Shown: piece by piece, positions 1 to 7,495 of the stretch
Layout: the number at the start of each line of letters is the position of its first letter
Numbering within the stretch: the stretch's first letter is position 1
Assembly (NCBI GenBank): GCA_966251085.1
Contig: CBINJX010000001.1
Coordinates: forward strand, 1 to 25,114
Origin: an uncultured Verrucomicrobiales bacterium
GTDB lineage: Bacteria > Verrucomicrobiota > Verrucomicrobiia > Chthoniobacterales > Chthoniobacteraceae
DNA: 25,114 nt
Direction of reading: 5' to 3'
Made by a program: the position numbers and the translations under genes
The notes under the pieces: generated by a model
What the model was told of the DNA's origin: nothing
Database searches by the model: none
Seen by the model: only the letters and a program-made list of their open reading frames with translations

Positions 1-216
1 GTTCTTCTCTCCGTCTCCATCAGTGGCACCGGCTTTGCCCGTGCGAAGACAAAATCCTACCCGCTCAAGACCTGTCTGGTCACTGACAATGACTTGGATT
101 CAATGGGCGACAAGCAGGGGTTTGTTCACCAAGGCCAGAAAATCATGGTCTGCTGCGAACCATGCATCGGAAAGTTCAAGAAGAACCCGGCAAAGTACCT
201 TGCTAAGCTGAAGTAG
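1..216 (+). CDS. Small YHS/TRASH-like Cys metal-binding protein, 5'-partial (runs off the window start)
   Basis: Frame 1 is open from base 1 to TAG 214-216 and is not in the ORF track: VLLSVSISGTGFARAKTKSYPLKTCLVTDNDLDSMGDKQGFVHQGQKIMVCCEPCIGKFKKNPAKYLAKLK*. The YPLxxC...CCxxC..F.K.P.KY pattern is typical of YHS/TRASH domains, and the N-terminal part looks like the end of a signal peptide. Confidence 0.75.
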   Translation, partial: VLLSVSISGTGFARAKTKSYPLKTCLVTDNDLDSMGDKQGFVHQGQKIMVCCEPCIGKFKKNPAKYLAKLK

Positions 217-255
217 GCGCAACATTCGGCCGCGGCCGTGTTCTCCTGATCAACA

Positions 256-283
256 GCGCCGCCGCTCTCCAAAGCGGCGGCGC
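256..283. terminator. GC-rich hairpin between convergent genes, probable terminator
   Basis: Perfect 11-bp stem GCGCCGCCGCT / AGCGGCGGCGC with a 6-nt loop, between the stop at 216 (+) and the stop at 380 (-). On the minus strand it is followed by pyrimidine/U-containing sequence. Confidence 0.55.
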
Positions 284-379
284 AAAGGAAGATGATTTCG
301 GATCAGTGCTGAACGGAGCCTTCCGTCGAAATGAGAGCCTTGTGGGTGTGGCTCCTGGCACCGTCAGAGAGTTCCTCTA

Positions 380-1528
380 TCAAAGCGACGGGTTGTCCTC
401 TGCGCACCCGGTGTTCGATCCGGCCGAGAAAAACTCTGGAAAGTTGAGGCGTGCCACGCCGATGCGACTGTCTGCCATCCCATAGTAAACATCAAAGCGA
501 CTCGGTAATCCCAAGTCATCACGCCGGTCGATTCCTGTCGGAAAGACGACGTTGTTCACAGCGCCCGCACGCTCTTCGGGCAGCTCCGGCGCCAAGACTG
601 GCTCAGGTGACCGATAACGGGTGAGGTGAGGTCGGATCTCGTCCAAAACGAGCAGCCCTGCGGAATATCGCAGTTTGCGGGTCGGAACGCCCTCATCGGA
701 AGCCGGGCACACCCCATGATAGAGGACTAACCATCCGTCCGGACTGAGGATCGGCGGAGTGCCACCCCCGATCTTCAACTGCTCCCAATCCGCAGTTGGA
801 CACACGAGCCGTCGATGCGAATTGAAGTGGCAGAGGTGCCGATGTTTCTCGCAGAAGCCGCCGGTCAAACGGTGATACGAAATCCAGATACTCTCCCGGA
901 GAAGATCGATTTCACAAGGAAAGTGGCGTGGAGCCACTTCATGCGGGTGGGTGCCCGGAAAGAGCGGACGATGAATGATTGCCACTGCGAGTTGGCCATC
1001 TGGAGCAAGGATGGAGACAGGAAACGGCAAGGCATCCTTGTTATCTACATCAGTAAAATCCACCCCATCATACGGCTCAAAGATCGCGAGCCCCAATCGT
1101 TCCCAATGAAACAAATCTGTGGAAACCGCTAACGCGATGCGGGGTCCACGTGGAGAGAACGCAGTGTATGTCATCACGTACTCCTGCAGCGGCTCAACGA
1201 AGGTAATTCGCGGATCCTCGCAGCCTCCGCCTCCACCTGATCGCTGTTCGTAATCGGCTTCCGGCTCCAACACCACTCCCAAGCGTTCGACTCCTATTGG
1301 GTCTCCTTCCTCATTGAAGCGCACTCGCGCGATGCCAATCCTCGAATTATTGCCCCGTGCCACCATCCGAGGAAAAAGGTACAATTCCTCATCACGCCCA
1401 CGCACGGCAGCGGGGTTCAATACACCCTCCGCCTCCAGCGGATTGCCCGGCTGCGGTTTCATCACGACACCGAGGCGCTGCAAGTGGAAAAGGTCACTCG
1501 CGTGTGCTTGCTCTCTCGTCCGTTTCAT
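380..1528 (-). CDS. GH130 / DUF377 family glycoside phosphorylase or hydrolase (beta-propeller)
   Basis: Motifs GVLNPAA, GCEDPRIT, NKDA..FP, HRP, KIGGGTPP, GWLVLYHGV, NVVFPTG and YYGMAD are characteristic of GH130. Start placed at ATG 1528 (MKRTRE); the 1651 ORF start adds a non-homologous extension. No signal peptide. Confidence 0.85.
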   Translation of the reverse strand: MKRTREQAHASDLFHLQRLGVVMKPQPGNPLEAEGVLNPAAVRGRDEELYLFPRMVARGNNSRIGIARVRFNEEGDPIGVERLGVVLEPEADYEQRSGGGGGCEDPRITFVEPLQEYVMTYTAFSPRGPRIALAVSTDLFHWERLGLAIFEPYDGVDFTDVDNKDALPFPVSILAPDGQLAVAIIHRPLFPGTHPHEVAPRHFPCEIDLLRESIWISYHRLTGGFCEKHRHLCHFNSHRRLVCPTADWEQLKIGGGTPPILSPDGWLVLYHGVCPASDEGVPTRKLRYSAGLLVLDEIRPHLTRYRSPEPVLAPELPEERAGAVNNVVFPTGIDRRDDLGLPSRFDVYYGMADSRIGVARLNFPEFFSAGSNTGCAEDNPSL

Positions 1529-1813
1529 GACGGGAACGGGAAGTTTGTTTGATGGACCTGATAATGGTCCATTACGTATCGGCCCCGAGCGACTCGGCGA
1601 CTCCACGACGGGGTGATACCGGGTCCGTTGAGCGGGCTTTAGCTCCTTCACAACTTTCTCGTGAGCTATCGACTATCTCACCGCAAGCGGAGGTGGCCGG
1701 TAGTCCACACCCATACCTCGCCCGTTTTTCAGTTGAGGCTTAATGGAGCGCTTAGCCCGTCTTTGCTCGATCCGGCTAACGTTACAATTGAGACCCAGCG
1801 CCCTATCCGCACG

Positions 1814-1844
1814 CTGCCCGTCGGGGATTTTGCCCGACGGGCAG
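1814..1844. terminator. Strong hairpin downstream of the TonB-dependent receptor
   Basis: Perfect 12-bp stem CTGCCCGTCGGG / CCCGACGGGCAG with a 7-nt loop, 40 nt after the receptor stop. The T-run lies on the + side, so the U-tract on the minus-strand mRNA is weak. Confidence 0.5.
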
Positions 1845-1884
1845 TGTTTTCAAAGGCAACGATAATGCCGCTTACGCGGAGTAC

Positions 1885-4044
1885 TCAGAACTCCGCACGC
1901 ACACCAAACAGCACGCCGCGGCCGGGCAGCGGAGCGATGTCTTTGAGGAAAGAGGTATGGAGACGTGCTTCCTCGTCCAGGAGGTTGGTCCCACGCACGT
2001 AAAATTCTGTCTCCACTCCACCTACGGGCACCTTGTAGGAAACGCCAGCGTTGAGCAGAAAGAACGAATCAGTTGGCAACTCAAACTCCGCGGTACGGTT
2101 TTGGCGCGCAGAATATTGCCCCTCCACTCGCGCAAGGAAACGCTCATTGAACGCATACACCAGCTCCGCTCCCGCACGAAACGGGGTGATGCGGGGCAAC
2201 GAACGCCCGGTAGAATCGTCTTCAGCCCACACGTAGTCGGCCCGCACTGTGAAATCGAGCCGATGGGTTTGTCCAGACATCGCCGGCGCGGCGACAGTCT
2301 TCGCGTCTTTGCTCAGGCCCTCAGTCGTCGCAAGTTCCGCTTCGACAGGTTCGATCAGGTGAAACGTCAACTCCACTTCTCCACCGAAAAAGTTCGCGTC
2401 CGTAGCCCGATAAACGAACACCGGCAGCGCCTCCTCTTCGCCCTCGTCCTCCTCTGCTAACGTGCCAGTGGGCGTAAGCGAAATGAAGTCTTTGAAGTGA
2501 TAGTAGAAGACGCTTGCCGCTCCGGTTACACGCCCAAGGCGTTTGCGCACGGTTAGATCGAGCGCAAAGGACTCCTCCAGCCCCAGATCTTCGTTGCCAA
2601 TCTCAAACGCGCCCGTAGCGGCATGCGGTCCATCCGCGAAGAGTTCCACATACGTCGGTGGACGCTGCGTATAGGATGCTGTGAGCGCCACGGCCCACTC
2701 CGAAGTAGGTGTATAGACCAACCCCACCGATCCGCTGAAGGCGTCAAACTCCCGGTTCTGCCCCAGGAAGTTTTCGGAGGTGTCCGAGTCGTTGGACTGC
2801 CTGTCGTACCGCCCGCCAAACTGCACACGCCACTGCTCTGAAACAGTAAGCTCTTCAAACACGAAGATCGAGTTTATGCGTGTGTCTACCTGCGGCAGAA
2901 ACGCCTCCGCCCCAAGTGCCGAGAAATCGATGCTCTGCGACTGGAAGCCGATGGCGCCCTCAAATGGCCCGAGCTTCTCATGCAGGAACTCAATGCGTCC
3001 GTCGTAGCTTTGCTGATCGAAAACGGTGCCAACTTCGCGCCCTTCAAACTCTGTGTGCTCGTAGTCTGTCACTCCGAGTTTGAAGCGGATTTCCTTAATC
3101 CCGCCCATGCCCGCGCGCCAGCCTCCACGCACATCGAATCGCCGCTGGTGCAGATCGATGGTCACATCGGGTTCAGCCACAGTTCCGTAGCGTGAATTGT
3201 AGCCCGAGTAGGCCACCCCCAAGTAGCCGCTGTCCCAAACGTAGCTCGCACCGATCGCACCGCCTTCGGAGCGGGTGAAAGAATTGGGCACGGTATCACG
3301 TGGCTCTTCTGATTCCGGTCGCGGATCACGCTCCCGTAAGCGCTGCGAACGGGCATAACCAGGAATATGGTAATCCTGCGTTTCGCGCTTAAATCCATCG
3401 AGGTGAAACTGAATCGGGCCCAAACCAAACTCCAACAAACCTGCGCCCGCGCGCTCTTCGTCTACGCTGCCGATGCGCCCATCGAATCGTCCGCGCAACG
3501 GCAAGCCAAAAAGCCCTTCCGGCACGCGCTCCTCGGGGATCCGGTTCTCGATGACATTCACGACCCCACCAACCGTATTCGGTCCGTAGAGCAGCGTAGC
3601 CGGCCCGCGGACGACCTCGATGGTGTCGACCGAAAGCGGGTCGATCGTTACCGCGTGATCCGGCGAAACGTTGGCCACATCTTGTGTCGCAGTGCCATTC
3701 TGTAGCACACGCACACGATCGTCCGAGAGACCGCGGATCACCGGACGGCTTGCGCCTGGTGCGAAGGATGTGGACGAGACACCTGGTTCTCGGTTGAGCG
3801 TCTCTCCTATGGTCGGCTCCAAACGGAAGCGCAAACGATCTCCAGTGAGGACTGACGCGGGTTGAGCCTGCTCAAAGAGGGTGCCTCCGAGCGGTGACGC
3901 AGTTACGACAACCTCCTCTAACAGCGTCACATTGGAGGCCGGGTCTGCAGCTTCAGGGCTGTTAAAGGCATCTTGGGCCGGTGCTAGGGGCAAAAGGAGG
4001 ATAGATGAGATGGAAACGAAAAGTATAACGCGAGCGGGTTGCAT
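1885..4044 (-). CDS. TonB-dependent outer-membrane receptor, ZnuD-like metal-uptake subfamily
   Basis: 719 aa. Signal peptide, TonB box EEVVVTA, plug motifs TIGETL...PGV..SF.PGASRPVIRG and PDHAV.IDPL...IEVVRGPATLLYG, C-terminal Phe (VRAEF). The SRP.IRG/PDHAV plug is typical of ZnuD-like receptors. The substrate is not proven. Confidence 0.9.
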   Translation of the reverse strand: MQPARVILFVSISSILLLPLAPAQDAFNSPEAADPASNVTLLEEVVVTASPLGGTLFEQAQPASVLTGDRLRFRLEPTIGETLNREPGVSSTSFAPGASRPVIRGLSDDRVRVLQNGTATQDVANVSPDHAVTIDPLSVDTIEVVRGPATLLYGPNTVGGVVNVIENRIPEERVPEGLFGLPLRGRFDGRIGSVDEERAGAGLLEFGLGPIQFHLDGFKRETQDYHIPGYARSQRLRERDPRPESEEPRDTVPNSFTRSEGGAIGASYVWDSGYLGVAYSGYNSRYGTVAEPDVTIDLHQRRFDVRGGWRAGMGGIKEIRFKLGVTDYEHTEFEGREVGTVFDQQSYDGRIEFLHEKLGPFEGAIGFQSQSIDFSALGAEAFLPQVDTRINSIFVFEELTVSEQWRVQFGGRYDRQSNDSDTSENFLGQNREFDAFSGSVGLVYTPTSEWAVALTASYTQRPPTYVELFADGPHAATGAFEIGNEDLGLEESFALDLTVRKRLGRVTGAASVFYYHFKDFISLTPTGTLAEEDEGEEEALPVFVYRATDANFFGGEVELTFHLIEPVEAELATTEGLSKDAKTVAAPAMSGQTHRLDFTVRADYVWAEDDSTGRSLPRITPFRAGAELVYAFNERFLARVEGQYSARQNRTAEFELPTDSFFLLNAGVSYKVPVGGVETEFYVRGTNLLDEEARLHTSFLKDIAPLPGRGVLFGVRAEF

Positions 4045-4169
4045 TTATGCTGGATGGTGGCAATGCGAATGAACACACATGGCGCCATGACGACGGCGCA
4101 CGTGAGGACGGGCCTGCATGTGGTCCTTGAGCAAAAGGTGGTGGTATGGGGACGAGAGCCTGGGAACAC

Positions 4170-4517
4170 TCAGGCGCACCGAGGCGGTGCGTGCTCAAGA
4201 ATTGCGCGCGAGCAAAATGAGACAACGACGATGGGAAGCTCGCGCCAGTCCTGCTCCGGACAATCGAACACCGCCGCCTTTACCGTAAACACTGCCACCG
4301 GCGTGCATTGGCACGCACCGGACAGAAAAAGAGTTACGGCGCACTGATGACCCGCATCCCCTTCTCCCTCGTGATGTTCACCGTGCTCAGCACTCGGATG
4401 CACCTGTTCGTGCAACGCTGGAGCTACCGCCAACGTGAGCACCCACAAGAGGTGTAACCCGAGCACAACACCGACTGCCGCTCTCAAGGAGCTGTGAAGC
4501 AGGCGGTTCCAAGTCAT
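4170..4517 (-). CDS. His-rich DUF2946-like upstream ORF (CruR-like leader protein) ending in EHAPP
   Basis: MTWNRLLHSSLRAAVGVVLGLHLLWVLTLAVAPALHEQVHPSAEHGEHHEGEGDAGHQCAVTLFLSGACQC...AILEHAPPRCA*. One N-terminal hydrophobic helix, a His/Cys cluster and a terminal xAPP motif, 125 nt upstream of a TonB receptor on the same strand. Alternative starts at 4583 and 4640. Confidence 0.75.
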   Translation of the reverse strand: MTWNRLLHSSLRAAVGVVLGLHLLWVLTLAVAPALHEQVHPSAEHGEHHEGEGDAGHQCAVTLFLSGACQCTPVAVFTVKAAVFDCPEQDWRELPIVVVSFCSRAILEHAPPRCA

Positions 4518-4557
4518 TAAGCCACTTATCAACAAGCCCACGGAGATGGCGAGTCTT

Positions 4558-4576
4558 TTTGCAACCCAGTTGCGAA
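4558..4576. promoter_or_regulatory. Candidate Fur/Zur-family operator
   Basis: TTTGCAAC-CCA-GTTGCGAA, an inverted repeat with 7 of 8 matches per arm, 41-59 nt upstream of ATG 4517. Assignment to a Fur-family regulator is inference from its format and position. Confidence 0.4.
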
Positions 4577-4763
4577 ACCGCATCACCGTGGACAGGTCGA
4601 GCTGCGCAACTGGAGCGAGCCCATTGTTATACGAATGCATGGCCGCGGCATTACACGTGCGCGCAGCAGCATAGAATACCTGCTTGCTCTACGGTAGCAG
4701 GGCAAGCCACACCTCGATGTGAGGAGTTCTTCCAACGGCAGTTCCAATCGAAACCGCCAGCAG

Positions 4764-4814
4764 CGTCTCATATATGAGACGTAACTTGAGACAACGTTTC
4801 ATATACGATACGTT
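4764..4814 (+). promoter_or_regulatory. Promoter and paired palindromic operators of the HipBA-like operon
   Basis: Perfect 18-bp palindrome CGTCTCATATATGAGACG (4764-4781) and a copy with 3 mismatches, CGTTTCATATACGATACG (4795-4812). These flank or overlap TTGAGA (4786-4791)-17 bp-TACGTT (4809-4814). Confidence 0.7.
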
Positions 4815-4819
4815 AGTTT

Positions 4820-5134
4820 GTGCCAGAGAATACCTCGATACCCTTGGCTGCCGCTCGTGCGCTTCGCAAACTGGGCCGAGATCTTGCGCTTGCCCGACGA
4901 AAACGGGGTATTTCTACTGAGGATATGGCCTCGCGTCTCTTTGTCAGCCGAGCCACCCTTTGGCGCATGGAACGCGGAGACCCGACGGTAGCTGTCGGGA
5001 CGCTTGCGACCGCCGCTTTCATCCTTCAGTTGCATGAGCGCCTTGCAGATCTGGCTGCCCCGGCGACAGATGCTCTAGCTCTCAGCCTCGATGAACGCCG
5101 CTTACCAAAACGCATCCGCCGCTCGCGACCATGA
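4820..5134 (+). CDS. XRE-family HTH protein, HipB-like antitoxin
   Basis: LGRDLALARRKRGISTEDMASRLFVSRATLWRMERGDPTV is a Cro/C1 HTH. GTG start. The stop overlaps the hipA-like start (ATGA at 5131-5134). Confidence 0.85.
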   Translation: MPENTSIPLAAARALRKLGRDLALARRKRGISTEDMASRLFVSRATLWRMERGDPTVAVGTLATAAFILQLHERLADLAAPATDALALSLDERRLPKRIRRSRP

Positions 5135-5675
5135 CCGTCGAGGTTCACATCGATTGGGCCGGAGAAACTCATCTCGTCGGCCGAATCTACACCGCTCAAC
5201 ATAGCCCAGCGGTTTCGTTTGAGTATGCGCCTGAGTGGCTCCTCCGAACGGACGCCTTTGCAATTGATCCCACATCCCTTCCACTGCGCCCCGGCCCTCA
5301 CCATAGCCCGACGCTTTTCGGTGCGATGCAGGACTGTGGTCCCGACCGTTGGGGACGGATGCTGATTGGGCGGGCAGTTCGCAAGCAAGTGATCGATCGA
5401 AGGCCATACCAGGATTTGGACTACGTCTTGGCCTTGGATGATTCCTCCCGCATCGGTGCGCTTCGTTTTCGTTCGGATGCGAACGGGCCATTTCTCGCTA
5501 CCAGCGACGGAAAGATCCGCCAGTCGTTCAACTCACCGCTCTGCTCAATGCAGCAGACGCCGTTCATGGCGAGACTGAAAGTGCCAAAGACCTCCGGTAT
5601 CTCCTCGGGCAAGGCTCACCACTCGGTGGAGCCCGACCAAAGTCCGCAATCGCCCTTCCCGATGGGAGACTCGGC
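5131..5675 (+). pseudogene. hipA: HipA-family kinase toxin, frameshifted and truncated
   Basis: The N-terminal part has VGRIY, SFEYAPEWL, D.GPDRWGR and DDSSRIGALRFR. After K-I (5512-5517) one base is missing. The homologous text resumes in another frame at 5520 (PVVQLTALLNAADAVHGETESAKDLRYLLGQGSPLGGARPKSAIALPDGRL), including the HipA P-loop LGGARPK. Homology stops near 5675 and the catalytic C-terminal half is absent. Confidence 0.85.
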
Positions 5676-5989
5676 AAGCAGCTTCGCATTAAGGCCTCCA
5701 CGCTTGATGCCTACTCCACGGCTTTCGATCACCCTCTTATTGGAGGAAACCGAACATCTCCTGTAGCTGAAGGTGACCGTGCCGCTGCCCCGGCGGGATC
5801 AAACGCGATCCGGGAGCCGGCAACTCCTTTTTCAAAGATGGGAAGAGCCGCGTGTCGAAGTCTCCATTCGGGAAGTCCATCCTAGCGGCAGGTACCGACA
5901 TCGAGCCCGAGTGGGCCAACAACCGGAGGAGAGTTGGACCATGCTTGGAAAAATACGAGTAGATTTAGATGTACTTAATCAACGGAGCA

Positions 5990-6024
5990 AAATCCAAACA
6001 CGTTCTTGGGCAGTGATTGGATTT
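5990..6024. promoter_or_regulatory. Inverted repeat upstream of abiEi, probable autoregulatory operator
   Basis: AAATCCAAACAC (5990-6001) / GTGATTGGATTT (6013-6024), 11 of 12 matches with an 11-bp spacer, 30 nt before ATG 6054. AbiEi proteins are known to repress their own promoter through inverted repeats. Confidence 0.55.
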
Positions 6025-6053
6025 CTGCGAGAAGATCAAGCGTGGGCTTACCT

Positions 6054-6785
6054 ATGCCGCGAAACCTACTCAAAACAGTCCACACCGAAATTCCGCGCGG
6101 GGCGCCCTTTGCCATCCAGACGCTGTATTCTCTGGGGGTTTCATCAGTATTGGCGTCCCAGTACGTGAAGGCAGGTTGGCTGGAGCGCCTCTCACGAGGA
6201 ACGTTCATGTTTCCGAATGATCGGCTTGAGCGAGATGACTGCCTTCGGTTCCTCGCTACGCGGATCCCCGGATTACACGCGGGAGGGAAAACAGCCCTCG
6301 CATGCCGTGGAGTGCGTCACAATATCTCCCCACGGGAGCGCATAATTCTGTGGGGAACAGACCGCGCAGTGCTGCCTGAATGGTTCAAAAAACGGTTCCC
6401 ATCACGCTATTTGGCCAAGAGCCTTTTCTCCTCGTATCTGCCTGCCGGGTTTGGACTCCAGCCATTACCTGAGTCGCCGGACGGGCCGCTTGTCTCTGTG
6501 CCGGAGCGAGCCCTTTTAGAAATGCTGGAAGAGGTTGGCGTGAAACAAGGCGTTGAAGAGGCCCACAACATCATGGAAGGCGTGCGCTCAGTGCGCGGCG
6601 AAGTATTGGAGACACTGTTGAAAAATTGCCTCAGGATAAAAGTCGTCCTTTTGTGTGTGCAATGGGCTGAGGAACTGCGTTTGGAGTGGCATTCTCTGGC
6701 GAGGAGAGCGGTAAAGGACAAACTCGGGCAGCGCCGCTGGGTTTCTCGACTCAAGGATGGCTCCACATTAATTCTGAATCCCTGA
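6054..6785 (+). CDS. abiEi: Type IV toxin-antitoxin antitoxin, AbiEi family
   Basis: PRGAPF...L..LGVS..LASQYVKAGWLERLSRG.F, LHAGGKTALA.RG..HNI and PLVSVPERALLEML.EVG match AbiEi_3-type antitoxins. Start ATG 6054. Confidence 0.85.
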   Translation: MPRNLLKTVHTEIPRGAPFAIQTLYSLGVSSVLASQYVKAGWLERLSRGTFMFPNDRLERDDCLRFLATRIPGLHAGGKTALACRGVRHNISPRERIILWGTDRAVLPEWFKKRFPSRYLAKSLFSSYLPAGFGLQPLPESPDGPLVSVPERALLEMLEEVGVKQGVEEAHNIMEGVRSVRGEVLETLLKNCLRIKVVLLCVQWAEELRLEWHSLARRAVKDKLGQRRWVSRLKDGSTLILNP

Positions 6786-6907
6786 TCGACGCTTCCTACG
6801 TTGAGACTATGCGGTTACTGGTGGAAACAGCACCGGCCGTTTCCAATCGAGGTGATGCGTCGACGCCGGTACTGCTCACGAGAACCAGATGGGAGAGGAT
6901 GCTGTAA
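6782..6907 (+). pseudogene. abiEii: 5' remnant of the AbiEii nucleotidyltransferase toxin
   Basis: Overlaps the abiEi stop (CTGA 6782-6785). It reads (L)IDASYVETMRLLVETAPAV, like AbiEii N-termini (..Y.DTVRLLL..AP.VF), then diverges near 6845 before the expected FALKGGTA motif and stops at 6907. Confidence 0.6.
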
Positions 6908-7096
6908 ACACAGCGCCGCCTACGTAGCTCATCGGAATGGTGAGATCAGGATCTCCCAAAAAGAGCACAAGCCCAATCCCTCTCGAAGTGGTGGGCTGGC
7001 AGCGTGTGATCCGCAATGCCAAGATCGAGGAGATGCAGCTCAATACGTGGCTACGCAGATACTCCACGTTCCTTGGTTCGCCCCCCCCGACAAGCT

Positions 7097-7135
7097 CCCC
7101 TTGACCTTGGACCTTAGTCCAATGTGTAGGGTGCC
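7097..7135 (+). promoter_or_regulatory. MerR-family promoter/operator 1
   Basis: -35 TTGACC (7101-7106), 20-bp spacer, -10-like TAGGGT (7127-7132). The dyad CCTTGGA-N6-TCCAATG overlaps the spacer. An elongated spacer containing a dyad is the MerR-family hallmark. Confidence 0.8.
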
Positions 7136-7138
7136 AGC

Positions 7139-7495
7139 ATGAAAACTTCGTTATCGAAGATATACCTGTTCACAGGGTTAGCGGGCCTAGTGATTGGAGC
7201 TTCCCTCTACTTTAGCAGTAGCGCACAACGCTCTTCGACTGACAGGCCAACTGCAAGTTCCGCGACGGAATCAGTCGTAATCCCAGTGAAAGGGATGTCC
7301 TGCATGGCTTGCGCTGCGAAGACAAAGCAGGCGCTGCGGTCTACTTCGGGAGTGGCTGAGGTTGAGGTGAATCTCGATCCCGGCAGCGTGGCTGTGAAAT
7401 ACGACGGATCATTGGTCACGCCTCAGAGATTGGCAGACGTGATCAATAGGATCGGCTATCAGGCCGGAGTGCCTGCACTGGGCTCCGCACAATGA
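7139..7495 (+). CDS. Heavy-metal-associated (HMA) domain protein with N-terminal signal/anchor (MerP/CopZ-like)
   Basis: N-terminal hydrophobic segment (YLFTGLAGLVIGASLYF), then VKGMSCMACA..T..AL...GV..V.V.L...V.YD...TP..L...I...GY, a GMxCxxC HMA fold. Confidence 0.85.
   Translation: MKTSLSKIYLFTGLAGLVIGASLYFSSSAQRSSTDRPTASSATESVVIPVKGMSCMACAAKTKQALRSTSGVAEVEVNLDPGSVAVKYDGSLVTPQRLADVINRIGYQAGVPALGSAQ

Noticed and set aside
23-211. 62-aa ORF in the track
   Set aside because: Wrong frame. Frame 1 (1-216) over the same bases gives a recognisable YHS/TRASH-like protein.
380-4044. GH130 gene and TonB receptor as a polysaccharide-utilisation operon
   Set aside because: The receptor is ZnuD-like rather than SusC-like, there is no SusD partner, and a 12-bp hairpin and a 356-bp gap separate the two genes.
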